Shown piece by piece: positions 48,156 to 59,151 of a DNA stretch of 64,000 nucleotides (positions within the stretch are counted from its first letter, which is position 1; each line of letters opens with the position of its first letter). Origin of the DNA: Candidatus Nomurabacteria bacterium (lineage in GTDB: Bacteria; Patescibacteriota; Patescibacteriia; HK-STAS-PATE-3); assembly GCA_023898465.1 (NCBI GenBank), contig CP060223.1:384001-448000 (forward strand), read 5' to 3'. The position numbers and the translations under genes are program-made. The notes below the pieces were generated by a model, which did no database searches, was not told the origin of the DNA, and saw only the letters and a list, made by a program, of their open reading frames with translations.

Positions 48156-49391
48156 CTACTCACTAGGAAAAAGTGTCTGGAGGGCCGCCTCTAATTGCGG
48201 ATCCCGGTCATTATCATAATCGTCCTGGGTGAGCTCAACGTTTTGATCAGGATCTAGGCCTGATTGATCAATCGAGGTCCCATTCGGAGTTAACCAGCGT
48301 GCAACCGTAATCTTTACACTTGCCCCGTTCTCTAACTGGATAAAGTCCTGGACAGAGCCTTTTCCAAAAGTAGTAACACCAACCAATTGAGAGCCGTCAT
48401 CATCCCGTAATGCCCCGGCAACAATCTCAGCCGCTGAGGCTGTACCTTCATTTACCAAAACGACAACAGGGAGGTCTTTTAATTCATGCTTACCAGTGGT
48501 CGAATAACTTATGCGCTGGCCATCCCCTTTTTCTTCAAAAAGCACTGTATCGCCTTCATTGAGAAATACGCTCGCGACATCTATCCCTGCCTGTAAATAA
48601 CCACCCGGGTTATTGCGTAAATCAAGCACTATGCCATCTGGAGAGTCTAATATCATATCGCTAATCGCCTCGTGCAGCTCAGCTTGCGTTGTGTCAGAAA
48701 AACTGGATATGCTTATGAATGCGTATTCTTTACCATTCTCAAGCGTTTTGCGCTCAGCTTTAACGCTTTTTACACTAATTGCATCACGAGTAATTGTTAG
48801 CGTTCGTGCATCCTCATCACCATTCTGCACAGTAACCTGAACAGTGGTATCTTTAGCGCCACGCAACATATCTACCGCTTGGGTTAAAGTAAGAAAGTCA
48901 GCTGGCTGATCATCAATAGCCAAGATAACATCCCCAGCTCGTACACCAGCTTTTGCTGCTGGTGAGTCTGGTAAAGGAGCGATAACAGTTAGTCTGTCTT
49001 TTTTAATGCCTATTTCGGCTCCAATACCTTCGAAATTTCCCTGGATGTCGCCTAAAAAGTCCTTTGTTTGTTCTGAGCTCAAATAAATCGTGTAAGGATC
49101 ACTTAAGCTATTCACCATTCCAGCAATTGCGCCCTCGATTAACTCATCATTCGTTACTGGCTGATGTAGGTAATCCTGCTTTATCGTGTTCCAGACGCTT
49201 TCGAATACTGCTGTACTACTCTTTGATCCAGAAACGCGCTCTAAAGCGCCTAGGAAGCCTTCTAGAGTGTCTGGATGGGGCGTGCGAAGCCACCAGCCAA
49301 GCCCAAAGCCAATAACAAGCAAAAGTAGCCCTCCAATGAAGCGCCGCTGCCGTGTTTGCAATGATTCACTACGGAAACTATACGGATCCAT
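48156..49391 (-). CDS. ctpA: Carboxy-terminal processing peptidase (S41) with PDZ domain
   Basis: N-terminal TM, PDZ domain, and S41 catalytic region VVLVNEGTASAAEIVAGAL...TFGKGSVQ. Confidence 0.85.
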   Translation of the reverse strand: MDPYSFRSESLQTRQRRFIGGLLLLVIGFGLGWWLRTPHPDTLEGFLGALERVSGSKSSTAVFESVWNTIKQDYLHQPVTNDELIEGAIAGMVNSLSDPYTIYLSSEQTKDFLGDIQGNFEGIGAEIGIKKDRLTVIAPLPDSPAAKAGVRAGDVILAIDDQPADFLTLTQAVDMLRGAKDTTVQVTVQNGDEDARTLTITRDAISVKSVKAERKTLENGKEYAFISISSFSDTTQAELHEAISDMILDSPDGIVLDLRNNPGGYLQAGIDVASVFLNEGDTVLFEEKGDGQRISYSTTGKHELKDLPVVVLVNEGTASAAEIVAGALRDDDGSQLVGVTTFGKGSVQDFIQLENGASVKITVARWLTPNGTSIDQSGLDPDQNVELTQDDYDNDRDPQLEAALQTLFPSE

Positions 49392-50644
49392 TACTCGACC
49401 CTCTCAATCTGCGCACCAAGCTCACGTAAACGCTGATCAATTCGTTCGTAGCCACGATCCACCTGTTGTACATTATCAATAACGCTTTTTCCTTTTGCGA
49501 TAAGAGCGGCGATAACCAAAGCCATACCAGCTCGAATGTCAGGTGACTCCATTTTTTTCGCAACCAGTGGCGTAGGACCTTCGACCACCACACGGTGGGG
49601 ATCAGCCATAATGATTTTTGCACCCATACGATTCAAAATGTCGGTGTAGAAAAGTCGGCCTTCATAAATAACTTCTTGAACAAGGCTCATTCCGCTAGCC
49701 TGAGTAAGTAAAACAGTAAATGGCGGCTGTAAATCAGTATTAAACCCTGGATGTTCACGAGTTCGTAATTCAAGAGCTTGCAAGTGCTTTGCTTTATGTA
49801 CAAGTACCGTGCTGTCATTTATTTCATAATTCCCACCAGCTCGCTTTAACATCGTCCAAAAGGTCGCTAAATCCTCTGGTTGCGTATCAGTAATGGCTAT
49901 TTCTTCGCCAATAAGGTTTCCTAGTACTGCGAAAGTGCCTGTTTCAATACGATCAGGCATAATTCGAGTTTTTCCTCCACCTAAGCTATCGACGCCGTGA
50001 ATTGTTAAGGTGTGATGTCCCACATTTTCTATCTTTGCGCCTAGGCTATTCAACCACTCACAGAGTGAAGCCACCTCAGGCTCCATAGCAGCGTTAATTA
50101 TCTTGGTGGTGCCCTGCGCCATCACCGCCCCTAAAATAAGGCTTTCGGTTCCGGTATGAGAAATCCAGGGAAAGGTAAATTCACCGCCCTGTATTTTTTT
50201 AGCGCTGATATGAAAAACGTCATCTTTCTCTTCGACTTTTGCGCCTAAGGCACGATATCCATCCAAGAAAAGATCAATGGGACGCTTACCAAGAACGCAA
50301 CCACCTGGAAAACTGAAGCGCACCTCACCAAATCGGGCAAGCAGCGGGGCTACACAAAGTATAGATGAGCGCAATTTAGCTGATAAGTCAGCCGGCAGCT
50401 CGCTTGTTTGGACCTCTTTAGCATTAATAACATACGTATTCTCGTGTGGATGTTGCACATCAGCACCAATAGCCCGTAGTAGGTCAGCCAAGTTATGCAC
50501 ATCTGCAATTTCAGGCACATTTTCTAGTGTCCACGTCTCTTTACTCAAAAGCGCCGCTGCCATGAATTTCAGGGCTGCATTTTTGGCACCACTCACTCGA
50601 ATACTGCCAGACAAAGTCCGGCCACCATTAATCGTAAATTGCAT
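49391..50644 (-). CDS. murA: UDP-N-acetylglucosamine 1-carboxyvinyltransferase
   Basis: 417 aa with the MurA/EPSP-synthase fold throughout. Confidence 0.9.
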   Translation of the reverse strand: MQFTINGGRTLSGSIRVSGAKNAALKFMAAALLSKETWTLENVPEIADVHNLADLLRAIGADVQHPHENTYVINAKEVQTSELPADLSAKLRSSILCVAPLLARFGEVRFSFPGGCVLGKRPIDLFLDGYRALGAKVEEKDDVFHISAKKIQGGEFTFPWISHTGTESLILGAVMAQGTTKIINAAMEPEVASLCEWLNSLGAKIENVGHHTLTIHGVDSLGGGKTRIMPDRIETGTFAVLGNLIGEEIAITDTQPEDLATFWTMLKRAGGNYEINDSTVLVHKAKHLQALELRTREHPGFNTDLQPPFTVLLTQASGMSLVQEVIYEGRLFYTDILNRMGAKIIMADPHRVVVEGPTPLVAKKMESPDIRAGMALVIAALIAKGKSVIDNVQQVDRGYERIDQRLRELGAQIERVE

Positions 50645-50682
50645 CTCTTGGTGAAGTATTGTTCAATCTGCTACACTAAATT

Positions 50683-52080
50683 TTGCTATACATACTGTAT
50701 CGTAAAGCCCCCAAACCGTCAAAGATGACCCCTAGGGTACGCCGCCTGTATTTCACTAGTGCAATAATTGCCTTTATTATCCTGGCACCATTATTCGTGT
50801 TTTATGCCAGTGGCTATAGAGTCAATTTTAGCAATTTTTCCATTTATCAGACTGGAATTCTGGTTATTTCATCCCAGCCCAAAGGAGCTGATGTTTTTCT
50901 CAATGATAAAAAACTCCGGGCTACTACCCCTATTCGCTTTAGTACTGTTGCCCCTGGTCAATACAAGCTACGGATAGAGAAAGCGGACTATCTACCTTGG
51001 TCATCGCAAATTCGAATAGCCGGAAAAGCGTCTACGGTTATTTCTGACTTACCACTTTTTTATGCCTCCCCCAAAGAAACACAACTTTGGTCAGGACCAT
51101 TTGAAGCTGGACGTCTTTCAGGGGACCATAAATCAATTGTCTTAAGCACACCGACTGAGGAAGGAAATAACCTTCATGTATTAAGCCTCAATGGTACTTC
51201 ACGGCAAAGTATTCAAAATATCGAGGCAGGAGAAATTAAAGACCTGCAGTGGAGCGCGCAAAAAAATTACATTCTCCTCAAAATGCTCCGGAACGAAAAA
51301 AATATCTGGCTGCTCGTAAACACCAATAGTGCGAGCACACGAGATATAACTGACTTGTTACAACAGGACGTACTGGAGACTTGGTGGAGCAAGCAAAGCG
51401 ACGATTTTCTTTTTTACAAAACCTCAAATGGTTTTTATCGACTTGACATCTTTACCGGAGAATCAGAGCTCATAACGACTGATGTGGTTAGCTCTTTCCT
51501 ACCTAATGCGAACGGCGGCTACTTTATTGCCTCGGATACATTCGGATTTCATATTTTTTCATATGATTCAACTCGAAGCGAGCCTGAACTAATACAAGAC
51601 CTGGATAATGATGCGTACACCTTGCTCGAACAAAAAAACCAATGGTTTGGACTACTTCATACCGGGCGTCTAAGCTTGAGCCTCATTCGCAATACACCTG
51701 GATCCCCCTTACTTACCCTACCGCTTTCTGTTTCCGTGAATGCAATTGCCTGGAACCCAAATAATGATGATGAAATATTAGTAGCAGATGGCTACGAGCT
51801 TAATTTAGTCAACGTGCAAAGCGGACAAGTACAATTACTTACGCGAACAAGTCAAAACTTTGAAGATTTTGGATGGTTGCCCAACACACACATGGCATAT
51901 ACTTCTAACAATGGAAGAATTGAAGTGTACACCACAAAACAAGAATATCCATCACAAAGCACGCTCATTCAGAGCGCGGAGGGAAAATATTTTATAGGCG
52001 CAAGTAATGATGGTAAATCTCTACTCTTCTCTGAATTGAGAAGTGGGCAAATGTTGCTTACGCGCTACGACATTCGTTAG
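50683..52080 (+). CDS. PEGA-domain membrane-anchored protein with a C-terminal beta-propeller-like region
   Basis: N-terminal TM, a PEGA-like segment (SSQPKGADVFLNDKKLRATTPIRF...APGQYKLRIEKADY), then about 330 aa of repetitive beta-rich sequence. Confidence 0.5.
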   Translation: MLYILYRKAPKPSKMTPRVRRLYFTSAIIAFIILAPLFVFYASGYRVNFSNFSIYQTGILVISSQPKGADVFLNDKKLRATTPIRFSTVAPGQYKLRIEKADYLPWSSQIRIAGKASTVISDLPLFYASPKETQLWSGPFEAGRLSGDHKSIVLSTPTEEGNNLHVLSLNGTSRQSIQNIEAGEIKDLQWSAQKNYILLKMLRNEKNIWLLVNTNSASTRDITDLLQQDVLETWWSKQSDDFLFYKTSNGFYRLDIFTGESELITTDVVSSFLPNANGGYFIASDTFGFHIFSYDSTRSEPELIQDLDNDAYTLLEQKNQWFGLLHTGRLSLSLIRNTPGSPLLTLPLSVSVNAIAWNPNNDDEILVADGYELNLVNVQSGQVQLLTRTSQNFEDFGWLPNTHMAYTSNNGRIEVYTTKQEYPSQSTLIQSAEGKYFIGASNDGKSLLFSELRSGQMLLTRYDIR

Positions 52081-52082
52081 GA

Positions 52083-52832
52083 CTAGGCTCCATTCCAGGA
52101 GTGCTGAGGATTTTTTTTGCAATGGTCAGCTACTAACTGTCCCGCCTGAAGTAAGCTGTCGAAGGATTCTCCGCCATCGCCCCACCAACCACGAAGGATT
52201 TGGTAGCTCATAGTCCCCTGCTGTATGTAATGATTATTTACATCGGTGATTTCTAGCTCACCGCGAGCTGACGGCTGCAGGGTTTTGACGACTTCAAACA
52301 CACTACTATCATACATATATACACCAATCACAGCCAAATTAGACTTTGGCTCACTTGGCTTTTCTACTATTTGTACGAGCTTTTCTCCTTGAATTTCAGC
52401 AATGCCAAATGATTGAGGGTTTTCTACTTCTTTGAGGAAAATCTTTCCGCCCTTTTCTTGTGCTTCAAAGTCTTTTACTGCTTCTTGGATAGGATCTTCC
52501 AAAATGTTATCTCCTAGGATGACGGCCACCTTATCACCATCAGCAAAGTGCTCAGCCAAACCTAAAGCCTGAGCAATTCCACCGGCTTTTTCTTGAACTT
52601 CATAGGAAAGCCGCACTCCAAGCTCATCACCCGAGCCAAGTAGCTCTAAGAAATGACCAGCGTGTCCGCGTCCCGAAACAATCAAAATATTTGTCACTCC
52701 AGCTTGCTTCAGCGTAAGTATTGGATAATAAATCATTGGCTTGTTATACACTGCCAATAAGTGCTTATTTGTTACTTTGGTGAGTGGCGCAAGTCGACTA
52801 CCAGTTCCACCAGCTAAAATAATACCTTTCAT
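52083..52832 (-). CDS. rmlA: Glucose-1-phosphate thymidylyltransferase-like sugar nucleotidyltransferase (short form)
   Basis: MKGIILAGGTGSRLAPLT...NKPMIYYP, the G1P nucleotidyltransferase signature. Confidence 0.7.
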   Translation of the reverse strand: MKGIILAGGTGSRLAPLTKVTNKHLLAVYNKPMIYYPILTLKQAGVTNILIVSGRGHAGHFLELLGSGDELGVRLSYEVQEKAGGIAQALGLAEHFADGDKVAVILGDNILEDPIQEAVKDFEAQEKGGKIFLKEVENPQSFGIAEIQGEKLVQIVEKPSEPKSNLAVIGVYMYDSSVFEVVKTLQPSARGELEITDVNNHYIQQGTMSYQILRGWWGDGGESFDSLLQAGQLVADHCKKNPQHSWNGA

Positions 52833-52836
52833 GAGA

Positions 52837-53661
52837 TTATCCTTTCGTGGTCAAATACTCTTGTAAGGCTGCTTCCCAATGCCGCAGAGCAGGGGCTTTG
52901 GTATTTTGCAGTATAGAAATTTTTGGACGTTTGGCTAAGCGAGGAAAATCATTTGTGGCTATTGCCTCAACCGGCACATCAAGTTTTTTATAGGCAAATA
53001 TTTTCTTTGCAAAATCAAACCAAGTAGTGCTTCCACTATTTACCAAATGATAAATCCCAAATGGCGCTTGTTCTCGAACTAAGCGATAAGCTGCATCAGC
53101 TAAATCTTTTGCATAAGTTGGACAACCATGCTGATCATTCACCACACGTAAAACCCTCTTTTCTCGTGCTGCAGTTAACATCATATCTACAAAATTCTTT
53201 CCATTTCTCCCATAGAGCCATGAGGTACGGATCAAATAAAATCGCGTTGTGGCTTCTTGTAATAAACTTTCACCTTGCAGCTTCGTTCTCCCATAAGCGT
53301 TTAATGGGTTGGGAGTTTCGGTCTCAGTATATCCTCCGTCTTTTTCTCCATCAAACACATAATCAGTCGAAAAATGCATCATGACTGCACCAATATCAGC
53401 ACAAGAAGTTGCTATATACCCTACCGCATCTCCATTCACTTTATTAGCAACATCTTCGTGATTTTCACACTCATCAACAGCGGTATAGGCAGCGGCATTT
53501 ACCACTAAATCGGGTTTTAGCTTTTTGAGTTTTTTCTTTACATCATCAGCATCACTAATATCCAGGTCTTCTTTATCCCATAAGGTGCAAGTTTCCGCGG
53601 CGAACGCTCGTTGCAGCTCAAAACCAAGCATACCTTTGGCGCCAAGTATTAAGACCTTCAT
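52837..53661 (-). CDS. rmlD: dTDP-4-dehydrorhamnose reductase
   Basis: 274 aa SDR with MKVLILGAKGMLG and the active-site YxxxK region. Confidence 0.75.
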   Translation of the reverse strand: MKVLILGAKGMLGFELQRAFAAETCTLWDKEDLDISDADDVKKKLKKLKPDLVVNAAAYTAVDECENHEDVANKVNGDAVGYIATSCADIGAVMMHFSTDYVFDGEKDGGYTETETPNPLNAYGRTKLQGESLLQEATTRFYLIRTSWLYGRNGKNFVDMMLTAAREKRVLRVVNDQHGCPTYAKDLADAAYRLVREQAPFGIYHLVNSGSTTWFDFAKKIFAYKKLDVPVEAIATNDFPRLAKRPKISILQNTKAPALRHWEAALQEYLTTKG

Positions 53662-54677
53662 GCTGAGTCTCCTTTAGTATCTCCGTACTGCTTGGCGTAG
53701 TACTCTTGATATTCGCCTGATTTCAGTGGGCGCCACCAGGCTTCATTCTTTTTGTACCACTCTACTGTTTCTTGAATGCCGTCCTGAAAAGTATAGCTTG
53801 GCTTCCAGCCGAGATTTCTCAATTTTTCACTATTTAAGGCATAGCGCAGATCATGACCTGGACGATCTTTTACCCGCTCAATACTTTCCTCACCCTTTCC
53901 TAGCTGCTTCAATAACTCAGAGGTAAGTTCAAGATTTGTGATGCGCTCTCCGGAACCGATATTATATGATTGACCTAAGTCGCCTTTCCGTAATACTAAA
54001 TCTACCGCGCGAGAATGATCGCGTACAAAAAGCCATTCACGAACATTTTTCCCATCCCCATACAGCGGAACCTTTTTACCCTCAAGTAAATTGGTAATAA
54101 AAAGCGGAATCACTTTTTCGGGATAATGATGCCACCCATAATTATTTGTTGCGTGTGTGATAAGTACTGGCGTCTCGTAGGTATGCCAATACGCCATTAT
54201 AAGATGTTCGGCAGCGGCTTTTGAGGCTGAATACGGACTCGTAGGTCGGAAAGGATATTCTTCACTTGCTTCCCCCTCAGCCAGACTGCCAAAAACCTCA
54301 TCTGTTGATATATGCAAGAAACGGGAAACTTTTGATGCACGCATTGCTTCAAGTAGCACGTGTGTACCCATGACATCGGTGCGAAGGAAGGCCTCTGGAT
54401 CATGGATTGAACGATCCACATGTGTTTCTGCAGCATAATTTACTATCACGTCGGGCTGAAAGTCTTGTATTGCCTTCTTTACTGCAAGCGCATCACAAAT
54501 ATCAGCCTGTACAAAATGATAGCGTGAATTATCAGCTACACTCGCTAAATTAGCTAAATTGCCGGCGTATGTGAGTTTATCATAATTTAGCACCTCATCT
54601 TCTGGATGTTCTGACAGCACAAATCGGATAAAATCCGACCCCATAAAACCAGCCCCTCCGGTCACCAATATACGCAT
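53658..54677 (-). CDS. rmlB: dTDP-glucose 4,6-dehydratase
   Basis: MRILVTGGAGFMGSDFIR...YDKLTYAGNL. The YxxxK motif and the overall length fit RmlB. Confidence 0.9.
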   Translation of the reverse strand: MRILVTGGAGFMGSDFIRFVLSEHPEDEVLNYDKLTYAGNLANLASVADNSRYHFVQADICDALAVKKAIQDFQPDVIVNYAAETHVDRSIHDPEAFLRTDVMGTHVLLEAMRASKVSRFLHISTDEVFGSLAEGEASEEYPFRPTSPYSASKAAAEHLIMAYWHTYETPVLITHATNNYGWHHYPEKVIPLFITNLLEGKKVPLYGDGKNVREWLFVRDHSRAVDLVLRKGDLGQSYNIGSGERITNLELTSELLKQLGKGEESIERVKDRPGHDLRYALNSEKLRNLGWKPSYTFQDGIQETVEWYKKNEAWWRPLKSGEYQEYYAKQYGDTKGDSA

Positions 54678-54726
54678 ATGTACTTAGATTAGCCTGATTT
54701 TAGGGTAATTGGCAAGACCTGTTTCG

Positions 54727-54755
54727 TTGACATTACTCAAGCGCTTTTGTAAGGT
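54727..54755 (+). promoter_or_regulatory. Sigma70-like promoter: TTGACA-N17-TAAGGT, upstream of the 54802 ORF
   Basis: Read directly from the sequence. An AGGAG Shine-Dalgarno lies 7 nt before the ATG at 54802. Confidence 0.5.
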
Positions 54756-54801
54756 TTCAACCTCGAGGCCATGTGCACATACTTAGCCCAGGAGAACTGA
54801 A

Positions 54802-55092
54802 ATGCCTGATTGCAATCTCAACGTCCACGGCATCCGAGTACCTGACGAGCGCTGGCGGAAAATGAAAGCAGTTCATGATTCCTGCGAAACTGCAGGTGTC
54901 CAGCTGCCAGAAGAAGTCGAGATCTACTTCGATGGACATGAACCTGATCCGAGCGGAATACTCACTGACCTGGCTGACCCCATCGTCACCAAGTGGGAGC
55001 GCGAGGAAGACGACGATCAGGAAGGTATCGAGATCGACCTGACTCAGCTTCCAGAGGGCGTGACCAAGCTTCGCGTCACCATCAGCTACTAG
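54802..55092 (+). CDS. Hypothetical hyper-acidic 96-aa protein; GC3-rich, compositionally foreign
   Basis: Good Shine-Dalgarno and ATG, with a terminator 20 nt downstream. About 26% of residues are D or E. Codon third positions are strongly G/C-biased, unlike the surrounding genes. Confidence 0.5.
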   Translation: MPDCNLNVHGIRVPDERWRKMKAVHDSCETAGVQLPEEVEIYFDGHEPDPSGILTDLADPIVTKWEREEDDDQEGIEIDLTQLPEGVTKLRVTISY

Positions 55093-55110
55093 CACCCGCC
55101 CTCGACACAG

Positions 55111-55145
55111 AGTCATAGCTCATCAAGCTATGGCTCTTTTTCTTG
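55111..55145 (+). terminator. Rho-independent terminator: 9-bp stem agtcatagc/gctatggct, then CTTTTTCTT
   Basis: Read directly from the sequence. It overlaps the 3' end of the convergent minus-strand ORF. Confidence 0.6.
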
Positions 55146-55485
55146 CTCCTAAAAAGATAAAGACTACTCCAATAGCCAGCGGTACTAGCATGTGCACGGG
55201 AATCTCACCTTCAGCAATGATGCCAATAATGAGACCCACAAACACTGCACCGGCGCTGAGATATCCGCCAAGTCGTTCATATTTCCAACCCAGGGCAAGA
55301 CCAATAAACATTATGGGAAAAACGCTAAGCCACGTGTTATCCCAAAGCGTATAACTCGAGTCAATAAAGGGTAAGGGATTTCCATAGCCAAAGTAGAATG
55401 GAAGTCCAAATGAAATGACTAAAAGGCTGAGAATGCGCATAGTCCAGCGCAGAGCTCTATACTGAGAAGAAGAAAAATGTCTCAT
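55123..55485 (-). CDS. Hypothetical polytopic membrane protein (about 120 aa) with native-like AT-rich composition
   Basis: Three or four hydrophobic helices. The start is chosen at the ATG (MRHFSSS); the ORF track extends to 55521. Confidence 0.45.
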   Translation of the reverse strand: MRHFSSSQYRALRWTMRILSLLVISFGLPFYFGYGNPLPFIDSSYTLWDNTWLSVFPIMFIGLALGWKYERLGGYLSAGAVFVGLIIGIIAEGEIPVHMLVPLAIGVVFIFLGARKRAIA

Positions 55486-55507
55486 GTCTGTAGTATACTC
55501 CCGCCTT

Positions 55508-55527
55508 CCTTGTTTAAACAAACAAGG
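55508..55527. promoter_or_regulatory. Hairpin / inverted repeat CCTTGTTT-AAAC-AAACAAGG in a divergent intergenic region
   Basis: An 8-bp perfect inverted repeat with a 4-nt loop, lying between the minus-strand membrane ORF start and the plus-strand GTG-start ORF. Candidate operator. Confidence 0.3.
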
Positions 55528-55603
55528 CTTGCTTGATTTGCAATATGTTGCTAAGGTCTTTTGTCTAGCTCATTTGCACATTCACTGAACAAGGAGCACA
55601 AAG

Positions 55604-55972
55604 GTGAAGTCCAGGCAAAAAACGGGTCCGATTTCAAGATATCTTGCTTGGTGCACTTCACGAGAGGCCACTGAGCAAGAACGCCGAGACAGGCTAAAGC
55701 AGCGTCTTTCAGGGGCAATCCCACGCGGTACCTGCCAGTGGCTGCGCGAAGAATGCGACATACCGATCGATGGACTCTTCAAGAAAGAAAGCATCACGGT
55801 CCTAATTACTAGAAGAGGTCCTGGAGCAAAAGCTCTTGGTCTCTCGCCTGAACTCAAAGGGACTGATGAGCAACTCAGAGCTCTCCAGGCTGCTTGGCGA
55901 GGCGCAATCACAGTTACCTGGCAATGGACTGAGGATCGAAGCACTCTGCGTATTAGCTTCAAGCGGGCTTAA
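55604..55972 (+). CDS. Hypothetical 122-aa protein with a GTG start preceded by an AAGGAG Shine-Dalgarno
   Basis: The ORF has a consensus Shine-Dalgarno 7 nt upstream of GTG, and the hairpin terminator at 55995 follows its stop. No family recognised. It overlaps an alternative-frame ORF, 55836..56447. Confidence 0.4.
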   Translation: MKSRQKTGPISRYLAWCTSREATEQERRDRLKQRLSGAIPRGTCQWLREECDIPIDGLFKKESITVLITRRGPGAKALGLSPELKGTDEQLRALQAAWRGAITVTWQWTEDRSTLRISFKRA

Positions 55973-55994
55973 TCCTCAATACTCACCACAACAA

Positions 55995-56030
55995 AGACCT
56001 GTTCGACGTTTGTTCGCAGGTCTTTCCTTA
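55995..56030 (+). terminator. Hairpin agacctg-N15-caggtct followed by TTCCTTA; putative terminator
   Basis: A 7-bp perfect stem read directly from the sequence, immediately upstream of a TTGACA -35 element. Confidence 0.45.
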
Positions 56031-56059
56031 TTGACAAAAATGAGGTTTTGGACTATATT
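56031..56059 (+). promoter_or_regulatory. Near-consensus sigma70 promoter TTGACA-N17-TATATT
   Basis: Read directly from the sequence. It lies 60-75 nt upstream of the first of the two paralogous small ORFs. Confidence 0.55.
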
Positions 56060-56120
56060 ACCTCGTTCTTTACATCCGTCTAGTACCGTGCAGGAGGGCG
56101 AACAAGTGCCAGTAAAAAAG

Positions 56121-56447
56121 ATGGTGAAGATTATGAACCACGTTGAAATCCTGAAAAACACTCCGCTCCTTCGGGAGTTCCGCTTGGCAACTGCTGAGGA
56201 TATCGCGCCAGGAGCAGAGCTGTTCGAGGCTGAGGTGGGCTTTGATCTCAGAATTGAACAACCACGTCGGATCCGTCTGGCCGACGAACCGATACAAGAA
56301 GCTTACGGAGAAGATCATGTGGTCTACTCCCAGGCCAATGGCCTGAAGGACCTTACGGTCACCGTACAACGCTTCCTGTCCACCGAAGCAGAACCTGAGA
56401 CCCTCTTCCCACACCGCTACACAATCCTCTACCTCGTCAAGATCTAG
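56121..56447 (+). CDS. Hypothetical small protein, paralog A (about 105-109 aa), GC3-rich
   Basis: Same length as the downstream ORF 56478..56801 and about 30% identity with it, including the C-terminal ...LYLVKI versus ...LYLAKN. The start could be at 56121 or 56133; the ORF-track frame is open back to 55836. Confidence 0.5.
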   Translation: MVKIMNHVEILKNTPLLREFRLATAEDIAPGAELFEAEVGFDLRIEQPRRIRLADEPIQEAYGEDHVVYSQANGLKDLTVTVQRFLSTEAEPETLFPHRYTILYLVKI

Positions 56448-56477
56448 CGCTCACAGGGCTTCCACCAAGGAGGATTC

Positions 56478-56801
56478 ATGTCCACGATGATCAACCGTCA
56501 AGATATCCTGAACCGGGCACCGGATCTTCCGGGTCGCCGCTTGGTCACCCGAGACGAAGTGATCCCGGGCGCGAAGCTCGATATGGTTCATGTTGACCTG
56601 GACGGCAAGGCTCAGTGGCTTCAGCCGATCCAGATCGACGAAGAAGCCACCGGTGAGCGGGTAGGCACGACCTACGTGTTCTACCACTGCGACGGTCATC
56701 CCAGTCAGTGCTTCGTCCCCTTCGATGATTTCGTTGGTGTCGAGGTGGAAGCAGAGAGCTGCGGACCCTTCCTCACCACCCTCTACCTCGCGAAAAACTG
56801 A
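56478..56801 (+). CDS. Hypothetical small protein, paralog B (107 aa), GC3-rich
   Basis: Perfect AAGGAGG Shine-Dalgarno 5 nt before the ATG. About 58-60% GC with foreign codon usage. Followed by two terminators. Confidence 0.55.
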   Translation: MSTMINRQDILNRAPDLPGRRLVTRDEVIPGAKLDMVHVDLDGKAQWLQPIQIDEEATGERVGTTYVFYHCDGHPSQCFVPFDDFVGVEVEAESCGPFLTTLYLAKN

Positions 56802-56810
56802 CCCCCCTCA

Positions 56811-56848
56811 AAGCCGCCAATATCACTTCATGTGTGAGGCGGCTTTTT
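56811..56848 (+). terminator. Rho-independent terminator: aagccgcc ... ggcggctt with an inner tcac/gtga stem, then TTTTT
   Basis: Read directly from the sequence, starting 10 nt after the stop of paralog B. Confidence 0.65.
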
Positions 56849-56860
56849 CATTAAACAAAC

Positions 56861-56892
56861 GACAGGGCACAGAGGCCCTGTCTATCTGTTTT
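56861..56892. terminator. Bidirectional terminator: gacagggc-acagag-gccctgtc, with T-rich tracts on both sides
   Basis: An 8-bp perfect stem. Plus-strand side TATCTGTTTT; minus-strand side GTTTGTTT. It serves the convergent ahcY gene. Confidence 0.6.
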
Positions 56893-56959
56893 ACAAAGTT
56901 ATGCAAATTTAGATTACTGCTTCCGGTCGTAGTGCAGCTTCATTGCTACTCATAACTTC

Positions 56960-59137
<2,178 letters not shown>

Positions 59138-59151
<14 letters not shown>

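Noticed and set aside
55582-55962. Minus-strand ORF of 126 aa, rich in Arg, Ser and Cys
   Set aside because: This is the typical wrong-frame product of GC-rich coding DNA. It lies antisense to the plus-strand ORF 55604..55972, which has a Shine-Dalgarno and start codon, and it has no Shine-Dalgarno of its own.
55836-56447. A 203-aa ORF-track ORF spanning the terminator and promoter elements upstream of paralog A
   Set aside because: The 5' half overlaps ORF 55604..55972 in another frame. It also reads through a 7-bp hairpin and a near-consensus TTGACA-N17-TATATT promoter. I prefer the short form starting at 56121 or 56133, which aligns end to end with the downstream paralog, and keep the long form as an unresolved alternative.
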